From: Polyangiaceae bacterium
GTDB taxonomy: Bacteria; Myxococcota_A; Polyangia; Polyangiales; Polyangiaceae
Assembly: GCA_035622655.1 (NCBI GenBank)
Contig: DASPUY010000274.1
Location: forward strand, 3,320 to 67,319
DNA length: 64,000 nt
Direction of reading: 5' to 3'
Shown: positions 46,577 to 54,532 of the stretch, piece after piece
Layout: every line of letters starts with the position of its first letter
How positions within the stretch are numbered: the stretch's first letter is position 1
Notes under the pieces: model-generated
Databases searched by the model: none
Told to the model about the DNA's origin: nothing
Seen by the model: only the letters and a program-made list of their open reading frames with translations
Translations under genes and position numbers: made by a program

Positions 46577-47581
46577 TCATGCGGTCGCGAGAATCCGCAT
46601 GACGTTGCCGCGTAGGATCTTGCCGAGCGCCCGCCGGCCCACTCCTGCGCGAAGGAGGGCGTCCGTCAGTCGCGGCAATCCTCTGGGATCGGACAGCTCG
46701 CGCGTCGGGACGATGAAGCCGTCCCAATCGCTGCCGAGCGCCGGAACGTCTTCCCCGGCGGTCTTGATGACGTGAAGGAAGTGCTTCACCACGGCGGCGA
46801 TTCCGTCGCCGCCCAGGTAGCGCGGGTAGAAGATGATCCCGACCACGCCACCGAGGTTCGCAATCGCACGTAGCTGCTCGTCGTCGATGTTTCGCGGGTG
46901 ATCATGGGCGCCGAGCGCTCCCGTGTGGCTGACGATGGGCGGCTTGCTCGCGATCCGGCAGGCGTCGAGAAATCCGGAGCGGTTGACGTGAGACAGATCG
47001 ACGATCACGCCCGCTGACTCGCAGCGGCGAACGAGATCCAAGCCCCACCTCGTCAGTCCCGCGTGATCTCGTCGTCCCCGACCATAGGCCGGGTAGCCGG
47101 CCTCGTTCGGGGTGAGGTGCAGCGGGCTCAGGTAACGGACGCCGCGGCGTGCGAAATGATCGACCTTGTCGAGATCGCCTTCCAGCGAGTGGGCGCCTTC
47201 GATCCCGAGCAGAGCCGCAATCACTCCGTCGCGCCGGCAGAGATCGATCTCGACTGCGGTGCGAACGAGCCGCAGCTCCGACGGGCGCAAGGTGGCCGCC
47301 TCGGCCAAGAGATCGATCTGCTCTTCGATCGCCCGAGCCAGACCGGTCACCTTCGGGATGAACGGGAGCGACACGAGTCCGAAGAACTGGGCGCCCATGC
47401 CCGCATCGCGCAGCCTTGGCAGGTCGACGTGACCGCCGAGCGCCGATCGCCAGAGCGGCGGTTCGTGCCGGACGAGGAAATCGTATCCGAGCCAGCGCGA
47501 CCACATGAGCGTGTCCGCGTGCAGATCGATGGGCGGGTACTCGGCGTGGAGCGCCCGTGCGTCCTCTGACCCTTCCATCAT
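46577..47581 (-). CDS. membrane dipeptidase (peptidase family M19)
   Basis: Motifs seen: IDLHADTL, IEGAHSLEGDL, VRYLSPLHLTPNEAG, VIVDLSHV, PIVSHTGA, GSDWDG. Confidence 0.85.
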   Translation of the reverse strand: MMEGSEDARALHAEYPPIDLHADTLMWSRWLGYDFLVRHEPPLWRSALGGHVDLPRLRDAGMGAQFFGLVSLPFIPKVTGLARAIEEQIDLLAEAATLRPSELRLVRTAVEIDLCRRDGVIAALLGIEGAHSLEGDLDKVDHFARRGVRYLSPLHLTPNEAGYPAYGRGRRDHAGLTRWGLDLVRRCESAGVIVDLSHVNRSGFLDACRIASKPPIVSHTGALGAHDHPRNIDDEQLRAIANLGGVVGIIFYPRYLGGDGIAAVVKHFLHVIKTAGEDVPALGSDWDGFIVPTRELSDPRGLPRLTDALLRAGVGRRALGKILRGNVMRILATA

Positions 47582-47710
47582 GCCTCTCTATCGCACGCCG
47601 TGGCGGCGTCGAGAACGTGGCGTCCGGGACGGAGGGGCCGAATCTCTCGCGCGGCACTGCGACGCGTCGCCGGCCCGAGAGCTGAGGTCGTGCTACGAGG
47701 TGCCCTCGTG

Positions 47711-48676
47711 ATGCGTCCGCCGTCGCTGTCGCGCGCTCCGATCCTGGCCGAGGACGTGCTGGATCTGGTGGGCGACACGCCGCTCATCCGCATCCGCGCG
47801 CCCGGGCGAGATGCGTCGAGGGCGACTGTCTGGGCGAAGGTGGAGCAGGCGAATCCCGGCGGCTCCGTGAAAGATCGAATCGCGCTCTCGATGGTCGAAG
47901 CGGCGGAGCATGACGGGACGCTCCGGCCGGGCGGAACGGTCGTCGAGCCGACGAGCGGGAATACCGGGATCGGCCTCTCGCTCGTCTGCGCGGTTCGTGG
48001 CTACCGCTGCGTGCTTGCCATGCCGGAAAGCATGAGCCTGGAGCGGCGACAGCTTCTCGAGGCGTTCGGCGCCGAGGTCGTTCTCACGCCGGAGGCGGAG
48101 CAGCTCGACGGCGCGGTTCGCGCAGCGCGCGAGATGGCGGCCCGCACCCCGGGGTCGTTCATTCCCCAACAGTTCGACAATCCGGCGAACCCCGGCGTTC
48201 ACGCAGAGACGACTGCCCGCGAAATCCTCGCCGCGATGAGTGGACTCACCATCGACGCGTTCGTGGCGGGCGTCGGAACGGGAGGAACCATCACCGGTGT
48301 CGGCAGGGTGCTGAGGGAACGCTCGCCGGCGCCCCGCATCGTCGCGGTCGAGCCCGAGTCGTGCGCCACGATTTCCCGTGGCGAGCGCGGGCCGACCAAG
48401 ATTCAGGGCCTCGCCGCCGGGTTCGTCCCCACCAACTACGACGCTCGCTGCGTCGACGAGGTTCGCACCGTCACCGACGTCGAAGCGTGGACGATGAAGG
48501 TCGAGCTCGCCCGGCGCGAGGGACTTCTGGTGGGAATCAGCGCAGGGGCCGCCGTGCACGTTGCCCTCGATGTTGCGCGAGAGCTTGGAGAGGGAAAGAA
48601 CGTCGTCACGGTCCTGCCGGACACTGGGGAGCGCTACTTCAGCCTCGAAGAGTACTTTCCCGAGGTTCGACCCTGA
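47711..48676 (+). CDS. cysK: cysteine synthase (O-acetylserine sulfhydrylase, PLP-dependent)
   Basis: Internal ATG 47711. Motifs seen: GDTPLIRI, NPGGSVKDRIALSM, EPTSGNTGIGLS, GVGTGGTITG, GISAGAA. Confidence 0.9.
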   Translation: MRPPSLSRAPILAEDVLDLVGDTPLIRIRAPGRDASRATVWAKVEQANPGGSVKDRIALSMVEAAEHDGTLRPGGTVVEPTSGNTGIGLSLVCAVRGYRCVLAMPESMSLERRQLLEAFGAEVVLTPEAEQLDGAVRAAREMAARTPGSFIPQQFDNPANPGVHAETTAREILAAMSGLTIDAFVAGVGTGGTITGVGRVLRERSPAPRIVAVEPESCATISRGERGPTKIQGLAAGFVPTNYDARCVDEVRTVTDVEAWTMKVELARREGLLVGISAGAAVHVALDVARELGEGKNVVTVLPDTGERYFSLEEYFPEVRP

Positions 48677-49392
48677 TGCGCAGCTCTGCGAGGGTGCTGA
48701 TCATCGGCGTCGGCGGTCTCGGATGCCCGGCCCTTCTGGCTCTGGCTCGGTCCCGAGTCGGCACGATCGGACTGTGCGACGACGACGTCGTCGACCGGAC
48801 CAATTTGCATCGCCAGATTCTTTTCTCCGACGCGGATGTCGGTGAATCGAAGCTTGGCGTCGCGGCGCGAGAGGCGCGGCGGATCGCGCCCGAGGCGGCC
48901 GTTCGACTCCACCGGACTCGGTTGTTGCCCGACAACGCGCTGGAGATCGTGCGCAACTACGACGTGGTGCTCGAGGGAAGCGACAACTTCGCCACCAAGT
49001 TTCTCGCCTCGGATGCGTGCATGATCGCGGGCGTGCCCATCGTGCACGCCTCCGCCGTCCGGTGGATGGGGATCGTCATGGCGGTGAGCGCGAGCGGGAG
49101 GCCGTGCTACCGCTGCATCTTCGAGGACATCCCCCGGGACGGCGCGCCCGCGTGTGCCGAAGCGGGCGTGATGGGGCCCGTGGTCGGAACGATTGCCGCA
49201 ATTCAGGTCGATCTGGCCATTGCGACACTCGATGGCTTGCCGGTCGGCGGGCAGATCGCAATGTTCGACGGTCGCAGCGACTCGGTTCGCCGCAGGCGCC
49301 TGGCCCCGCGTGATGATTGCCCGCTCTGCGGCGCCGAGCGTCGAATCCGGCACCTCGAGGCGGCCTCCTACAGCTCTCCCGCATGTGCATGA
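48676..49392 (+). CDS. ThiF/MoeB/HesA-family E1-like adenylyltransferase (no rhodanese domain)
   Basis: The ATG shares its A with the cysK TGA (TGATG). Motifs seen: VLIIGVGGLGCPALLALARSRVGTIGLCDDDVVDRTNLHRQ, plus a zinc-site Cys pair (CYRC ... CPLCG). The protein is only 238 aa. It lacks the usual N-terminal RYSRQ helix and any C-terminal rhodanese domain. Confidence 0.85.
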   Translation: MRSSARVLIIGVGGLGCPALLALARSRVGTIGLCDDDVVDRTNLHRQILFSDADVGESKLGVAAREARRIAPEAAVRLHRTRLLPDNALEIVRNYDVVLEGSDNFATKFLASDACMIAGVPIVHASAVRWMGIVMAVSASGRPCYRCIFEDIPRDGAPACAEAGVMGPVVGTIAAIQVDLAIATLDGLPVGGQIAMFDGRSDSVRRRRLAPRDDCPLCGAERRIRHLEAASYSSPACA

Positions 49393-49410
49393 CCGAGAGG
49401 AGATTTTGAC

Positions 49411-49683
49411 ATGGAAACGATCGTGCGAATTCCAACTCCACTGCGAACGCTCACGGGAGGGGCCGACGAGGTGACGGCAACCGGCGGGACGGTCGGGGAG
49501 TTGATCGAAGACCTCGAACGGAAGCATCCGGGCATCCGCGAGCGCCTTCTCGACGATCGAGGGGTGCGGCGTTTCGTGAACATCTACGTGGGCGAGGAAG
49601 ACGTACGATTCTTGGACGGCCTCAAGACCAAGCTGAAGGCCGGCGACCGGGTCAGCATCGTCCCGGCCATCGCGGGGGGGTGA
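49411..49683 (+). CDS. cysO: MoaD/ThiS-family ubiquitin-like sulfur carrier ending in Gly-Gly (CysO-like)
   Basis: 90 aa, beta-grasp size. The C-terminus is ...DRVSIVPAIAGG followed by the stop. It lies between E1-like and CysM-like genes. Confidence 0.8.
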   Translation: METIVRIPTPLRTLTGGADEVTATGGTVGELIEDLERKHPGIRERLLDDRGVRRFVNIYVGEEDVRFLDGLKTKLKAGDRVSIVPAIAGG

Positions 49684-49693
49684 AAGCGCGCCC

Positions 49694-50071
49694 ATGAACC
49701 GTCATGCGCGTCAGATGCAGCTGGCCGAAGTGGGCCAATCGGGGCAGGAAAGAATAAAGAGCGCTTGCGTCGACGTCGTGCTGAGCGGGCTCGCTGCGGA
49801 GGTCGCGGTGCGGTATCTCGCAGGTGCGGGCGTGGGTTCGCTCCGCGTTCGTGACGTGGGGCTGGCTCGGCTGGCGCGGGCCATCGACTCCACGATCCAC
49901 GTCGAGGTCGAGCCCCGGCTCGAAATCGGCGAAGGAGTGGCCACCTCGGCGCTCGACGCGAGCCAGACGATTACGACGCTGGGCCTCTCGGATCCCGCGT
50001 CGCGGGAAGTCGCGCTCGGCGCCCACGTCGCGTTGCATGCGCTGCGCGCGGCGCTCCGGGTCCATCCGTGA
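49694..50071 (+). CDS. degenerate ThiF-like N-terminal fragment protein (hypothetical)
   Basis: 125 aa. RHARQMQLAEVGQSGQERIKSACVDVV mirrors the RYSRQ..L.E.G..GQ..L....V.VV N-terminus of ThiF/MoeB. The GxGxxG loop is replaced by LSGLAAE. The stop overlaps the cysM GTG start (GTGA). Confidence 0.4.
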   Translation: MNRHARQMQLAEVGQSGQERIKSACVDVVLSGLAAEVAVRYLAGAGVGSLRVRDVGLARLARAIDSTIHVEVEPRLEIGEGVATSALDASQTITTLGLSDPASREVALGAHVALHALRAALRVHP

Positions 50072-51012
50072 AGCTCGCTCGGAGCCGGCGGCTCGAATCG
50101 GTGGTGGAGGCGGTCGGCCATACGCCCCTCGTTCGCCTCCGCAAGGTCTCCCGGGACGTTCCCGACGTCGAGATCTGGGTGAAGCTCGAGTTTGCGAATC
50201 CGGGCGGTAGCGTCAAGGATCGCCCGGCGCTTCGGATGATGCAGGACGCGCTGCGCGACGGCCGGCTCACCGCGGACAAGGTTCTCATCGACTCGACCAG
50301 CGGCAATACGGGGGTCGCCTATGCGCTTTTCGGGGCCGCTCTCGGCATCGGCGTGCGCCTCGTGATGCCGTCGAACGTCAGCAAGGCGCGCAAGGACGTT
50401 GCCAGGAGCTTCGGAGCCGAAGTCGTTTACAGCGACCCCATGGAGGGATCGGACGGTGCAATACGCGTCGTTCGCGAGCTCGTCGCCAGCGAGCCTCAGC
50501 GGTACTTCTACCCGGACCAGTACTCGAATCCCTCCAATTGGCGCGCGCACTACGATGGCACCGGCCAAGAGATTCTCGAGGCCCTCGGCGATCGGGTCAC
50601 GCACTTCGTCGCCGGCCTCGGGACCACCGGCACGATGATGGGATGTGCCCGCCGGCTCAAGGAGCATACCCGACCGGTCGAATGCATCGCGATCGAGCCC
50701 GCGGAACCGCTGCACGGGCTCGAAGGTCTCAAGCACCTCGGGACGAGTCTCGTTCCACCCATTTACGATGCGCAGGTCCCCGATCGTCACCTGGCCGTGA
50801 GGACGGAGGACGGTTGGGAAATGGCCGATCGGATGGCGCGCGAGGAGGGGTTGCACGTCGGGCACTCGTCGGGCGCCAACGTCTTTGCCGCGCTCCAGGT
50901 GGCTCGTGAGCTCAAGAATGGCGGCCGGAGCGGCTGCATCGTCGCCGTTCTTTGTGACCGTGGCGACCGGTACTTTGCCCCTGTTCGTTGGGAGCGCAAG
51001 TACGTTTGGTAA
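50068..51012 (+). CDS. cysM: CysM-like cysteine synthase (candidate thiocarboxylate-dependent sulfhydrylase)
   Basis: Motifs seen: GHTPLVRL, NPGGSVKDRPALRMM, DSTSGNTGVAYA, GLGTTGTMMG, HSSGAN. Context is with a CysO-like carrier and a JAMM protease. Confidence 0.85.
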   Translation: MKLARSRRLESVVEAVGHTPLVRLRKVSRDVPDVEIWVKLEFANPGGSVKDRPALRMMQDALRDGRLTADKVLIDSTSGNTGVAYALFGAALGIGVRLVMPSNVSKARKDVARSFGAEVVYSDPMEGSDGAIRVVRELVASEPQRYFYPDQYSNPSNWRAHYDGTGQEILEALGDRVTHFVAGLGTTGTMMGCARRLKEHTRPVECIAIEPAEPLHGLEGLKHLGTSLVPPIYDAQVPDRHLAVRTEDGWEMADRMAREEGLHVGHSSGANVFAALQVARELKNGGRSGCIVAVLCDRGDRYFAPVRWERKYVW

Positions 51013-51018
51013 GAGTGT

Positions 51019-51558
51019 GTGAACATGACCTCCTCCATGCGTGATTCAGGCAGACCTCGTTGGGTCGAAGGCAATCTGGTCATCGGGGCTGCGGTGCTCG
51101 CTCTGATCGATGAAGAGGCCCGGCGTGCCTACGCCAACGACGAGGAGAGCTGCGGCTTTCTCGTCGGGCCGGCGAGCGAGCCGAGACGTCTCGACGGCAT
51201 CGTGCCCATGATCAACCGAGCCAATCTTCTCCACCGGCTCGATCCGCAGCAGTATCCGCGCACGGGGCGGACTTATTTCGACATCGACTCGATGAAGTTC
51301 GAGAATGCCATTCGTCGGGGAGAGGCGGAAGGCCGCCCGGTCAAGGTGCTGTACCATTCGCATCTCGACGTGGGGGCCTATTTCTCGGCGACCGACGCCG
51401 AGGTCGCGAAGATGGGCCGAGGCGCGCCGCCCTGGGATCTTGCCTATCTGGTCACCAGCGTGCGCGGAGGCGAGGTCGACGATCGCAAGCTCTTCGTCTG
51501 GGATGCCGTGGCGCAAGACTTCATTTCCAGCCGTCTCGAGGTGGACGAGGGCCCGTGA
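51019..51558 (+). CDS. mec: JAMM/MPN+ metalloprotease (Mec-like)
   Basis: The catalytic Glu context (EESCGFLVG) and the full JAMM motif HSHLDVGAYFSATD (HxHx7Sx2D) are present. The start is GTG 51019 or ATG 51025. Confidence 0.85.
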   Translation: MNMTSSMRDSGRPRWVEGNLVIGAAVLALIDEEARRAYANDEESCGFLVGPASEPRRLDGIVPMINRANLLHRLDPQQYPRTGRTYFDIDSMKFENAIRRGEAEGRPVKVLYHSHLDVGAYFSATDAEVAKMGRGAPPWDLAYLVTSVRGGEVDDRKLFVWDAVAQDFISSRLEVDEGP

Positions 51559-52844
51559 CCATGCCATCCGCGCGTGTGTTGCGCTCGACGGCAGTCCTGG
51601 GCGCGGTCGCCTCGTGGAGCGTCGCGAACGGCGGCGAGGCCCGGGCCGAGCTTCAGGACGCCGCCCGTCGTGTGGCCGAGGCCTGGCGCTCGGTCGGCGC
51701 CTTCGTCGTCGTCGGCAAGCCCCGTTTCCTGAACGACGATGAAACGATCGCGGTACCTGTGCCCAGCCTCCCGGACGGCAACTGTACGACGCTCGTTCTT
51801 CTCGGCGCCCGCGGTCTCAGCTTTCATGTGAGCCCCCCGGGCGACAGCGGGCAGCACGTACCGAGTGAGGCGGGCGCGCTGTCGATCGAGCAGTGCGGCG
51901 ACCTCTTGCCCCGGCGACTGATGGTCACGAGCGACTCGGGCCGCGGCGCGCTGGAGATCCTCGTCGCCGTGTCCGAAAAGTCGTTACCTGCGCTTCAATC
52001 GGTCCTGCCGGAGCGTACCGGGGGTGGTCTGGGTCCGCTGCCCGAACCCGGAGCGCTTCCGTTGCTGCCCGCCCCGGAAAAGCGGGCGGACCTCGCCGAG
52101 GTCCGCGCGAAGCGGGACGGAGCGACGATTTCGAACCGTTCGATCTGGTACTCGGGAGTCGACGGCACCGGCGTCGGGGAGGAGACCTTGCCTCCCGGAT
52201 GCCACGTTTTCGACCTCTTCGCTTCGGAGTCGGGAGTGGCGCGCGCGGGGCGCAAGGGCAAGCTCGATCTGGACGCGGAGATGCGCGACAGCTCTGACGA
52301 TCGTCTGCTGGCGCGCGATCGCACCGACGCGCCGGACGTGCAGCTGCCGGTGTGCGTCGGCGAGACGACGCAAGTCGGCATCGTTTTCGTCGGCGCTCCG
52401 TCGGGAACGCCGGTACTGGTTTCGCACGCCGCCTGGGCCCTGCCGCAGCATCTCCCTTCGATTTGGGGCGGCGAAGCTCGTGCGCGAATGGCTTATGCGC
52501 TGCTCGCCCGACACGTCGTGTCTCTGCCCGCGGAAGCCGTGCAGCTCGCGCAAGGCGGGTCGGGGACCACTCCGGTTCCACTGTCGATCGAGCCGGGGGC
52601 CTGCTACCTCGCCGTGGCCTCGCTGGTTCAGGGTGTCGCGCACTCGTTCGGTCTTCGACTTCGCGTGCGAGCCCGGGAAGTCGTCGATGACCGAGGCGTC
52701 GACGAGAGCAGCGCGGTAGTGGCATTCTGTGCGGGCGATCGCTCGTTGGCACTCGCGCAAATGGAAGCACGCGGCACTCCGCTGCTCGGCTGGGGGCTGG
52801 CTCTCTTTCGCATCGAAAACGGAATCTGGGACTCGGCGCCGTGA
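51555..52844 (+). CDS. secreted hypothetical protein with three Cys-pair beta-sandwich-like modules
   Basis: The GTG start overlaps the JAMM stop (GTGA); ATG 51561 is an alternative. Signal-like STAVLGAVASWSVANG. Three modules of 70-85 aa each begin P-x-G-x-C and carry a second Cys about 40-50 residues later. Confidence 0.5.
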   Translation: MTMPSARVLRSTAVLGAVASWSVANGGEARAELQDAARRVAEAWRSVGAFVVVGKPRFLNDDETIAVPVPSLPDGNCTTLVLLGARGLSFHVSPPGDSGQHVPSEAGALSIEQCGDLLPRRLMVTSDSGRGALEILVAVSEKSLPALQSVLPERTGGGLGPLPEPGALPLLPAPEKRADLAEVRAKRDGATISNRSIWYSGVDGTGVGEETLPPGCHVFDLFASESGVARAGRKGKLDLDAEMRDSSDDRLLARDRTDAPDVQLPVCVGETTQVGIVFVGAPSGTPVLVSHAAWALPQHLPSIWGGEARARMAYALLARHVVSLPAEAVQLAQGGSGTTPVPLSIEPGACYLAVASLVQGVAHSFGLRLRVRAREVVDDRGVDESSAVVAFCAGDRSLALAQMEARGTPLLGWGLALFRIENGIWDSAP

Positions 52845-54532
52845 ACGCGGTCCAATCGCTCTTCTGGATCGCCGTATTTCTCACCGGTTGCGCGCCGCGG
52901 GGCCGCCCTTCGCTCGCGCCGACCGCCGCACATCGCTTGACCGCGCCCACCGTCCTTCCCGGCGAGCTGGAGGGTCGCAATCTGCTCGGGGATCTCCCAT
53001 CACGCGCGGCCCGTCTCGGCGCCGGTCCGGCGTCGCTCGTGGCCTCCGGGGAGGCGCTCGACAACGAATGGCTCGGCGGCTTCGTAGAAGTCCCACCGGA
53101 ATCGTGCCTGCTCGCCTACGCGCGCGCCTCCACGTCGGTGGAAGACATCGATGTGGCCGTGTATTCCGAGGAAGGAACTTCGCTGGCCGTCGACGAAGGG
53201 CGAGACGTGCATCCGACGGTGGTCCTGTGTCCTCCTCATCCGTCGAGGGTGTACGTCGCGGCCCACGTGGTCGAAGGGGAGGGCCTCATCGCCACTGGAG
53301 TGCAGCTCGTTCCCCGGGAGCGAGCGCCGGTCGTCGCGAGGGCCCTCGGTGCCCACGGTACCCTCGAACAGGGCCCGCGCGCCGCCGATGCGTGGCCCGG
53401 TCTCGACGACGCCGTGCGCGTCCATCGAATCGAGCTCGGCGGCAAATGGGAGGAGTTCAGGCGGGTCGCGCTGCCGGTTGACGCCCGCGTGCCCACGTAT
53501 GCATCGCTTCCGTTCGGTGCCGATCAATGCGTCGACGCGATCGTCGTTCCCGACGACGACGTTGCGCTGCTGGATGTCGAGGCGATCGACGAGGAGGGCC
53601 ACGTCATCGGACGGGCTCCGGACGGGATGGGAGCCCGAACGCTCACGATCTGCTCGCCGCTGGCGATGGCCGGGACCCTTCAGGTGAGACCGCATTCGGG
53701 TCGCGGGCTCGCCGCAGTCGTCCTCGCACGGGCGGCGGGGGACGTTGCACAAGATCTCTCGTCGCGCCCTGAAATCGCGTGGGTTGCGCCGACGGTGCCC
53801 CTCGAGGTGGCGAGGCGCGCTCGCAACGTGCTGCTGGCGAAGAGCGGGTATTCCGCTCCGGCATTTGCTGCGTCGGGGGTCCTGGGGCTCGGCCGTCGAG
53901 TGACTTTGCCGCTCGAGCCCAAAGCATTCGGGGCGATGTGCGGACGCATCGACGTCGTCGCGGGTGCGCCGCTTTCGCTCGTCGAGGCGCGAGTGTGGGG
54001 CGACGGTGACTCGCTGCTGGCCGACGGGGAGGCGTCTTCCTCGCTGGCCATGTTCGCGTGTCCGAAGGGCCCCGCTCGCCTCGAGCTCGAGGCACGCGGG
54101 CGCCCGGGTCCTTACACCGTTCTCGTTCGCCCCGAGCCCTGGAAACACCCGTCTCTTTCAGCGCATCCACTGGCGTCCTCTCGAATGCTCGCCCGGGTGG
54201 CGGTGGGGCAAGAGATGCTGCTCTCCGGCAGGGAGGGAGCGGTTCGCGAGCTGGCGCTCGACGAGGCGCGAACGGTCTCGTGGACGGAAGACGTTCCAGC
54301 CGGCCGATGCCTCCGGGTCGCCGTGGGCGCACAGGGCGAGGGGGCCGGGCTCGAGCTTCGAGCGTTCGAAGGCCCGGACAACGAGATCGATCGCGCCCAG
54401 GCGGCCCACGCCGCCAGCGTTCGCGCGTGCGCGCAGGACACCGCACGAACCATAAGGTTCGAGGTTCACGCGTCCGCAGGACGGCTCGATGCGGTGCTGG
54501 GCGAGCGCATCGAGTCGTCCGACGGTCGTTGA
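52841..54532 (+). CDS. lipoprotein, paralogous architecture with four Cys-pair modules (hypothetical)
   Basis: GTGA overlap with the upstream gene. Lipobox FLTGC. Four modules with the same pattern as the upstream protein, e.g. VPPESCLLAY...VVLCPP, GADQCVDAIV...LTICSP, GAMCGRIDVV...MFACPK, PAGRCLRVAV...VRACAQ. Confidence 0.5.
   Translation: MNAVQSLFWIAVFLTGCAPRGRPSLAPTAAHRLTAPTVLPGELEGRNLLGDLPSRAARLGAGPASLVASGEALDNEWLGGFVEVPPESCLLAYARASTSVEDIDVAVYSEEGTSLAVDEGRDVHPTVVLCPPHPSRVYVAAHVVEGEGLIATGVQLVPRERAPVVARALGAHGTLEQGPRAADAWPGLDDAVRVHRIELGGKWEEFRRVALPVDARVPTYASLPFGADQCVDAIVVPDDDVALLDVEAIDEEGHVIGRAPDGMGARTLTICSPLAMAGTLQVRPHSGRGLAAVVLARAAGDVAQDLSSRPEIAWVAPTVPLEVARRARNVLLAKSGYSAPAFAASGVLGLGRRVTLPLEPKAFGAMCGRIDVVAGAPLSLVEARVWGDGDSLLADGEASSSLAMFACPKGPARLELEARGRPGPYTVLVRPEPWKHPSLSAHPLASSRMLARVAVGQEMLLSGREGAVRELALDEARTVSWTEDVPAGRCLRVAVGAQGEGAGLELRAFEGPDNEIDRAQAAHAASVRACAQDTARTIRFEVHASAGRLDAVLGERIESSDGR

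Noticed and set aside
47582-47710. Riboswitch (SAM/other) upstream of cysK, and B12 riboswitch near kamDE
   Set aside because: I could not recognise conserved riboswitch cores by eye, such as the B12 box or SAM-I junction. Only a generic CTCTCG/CGAGAG stem is present. A covariance-model scan would be needed.
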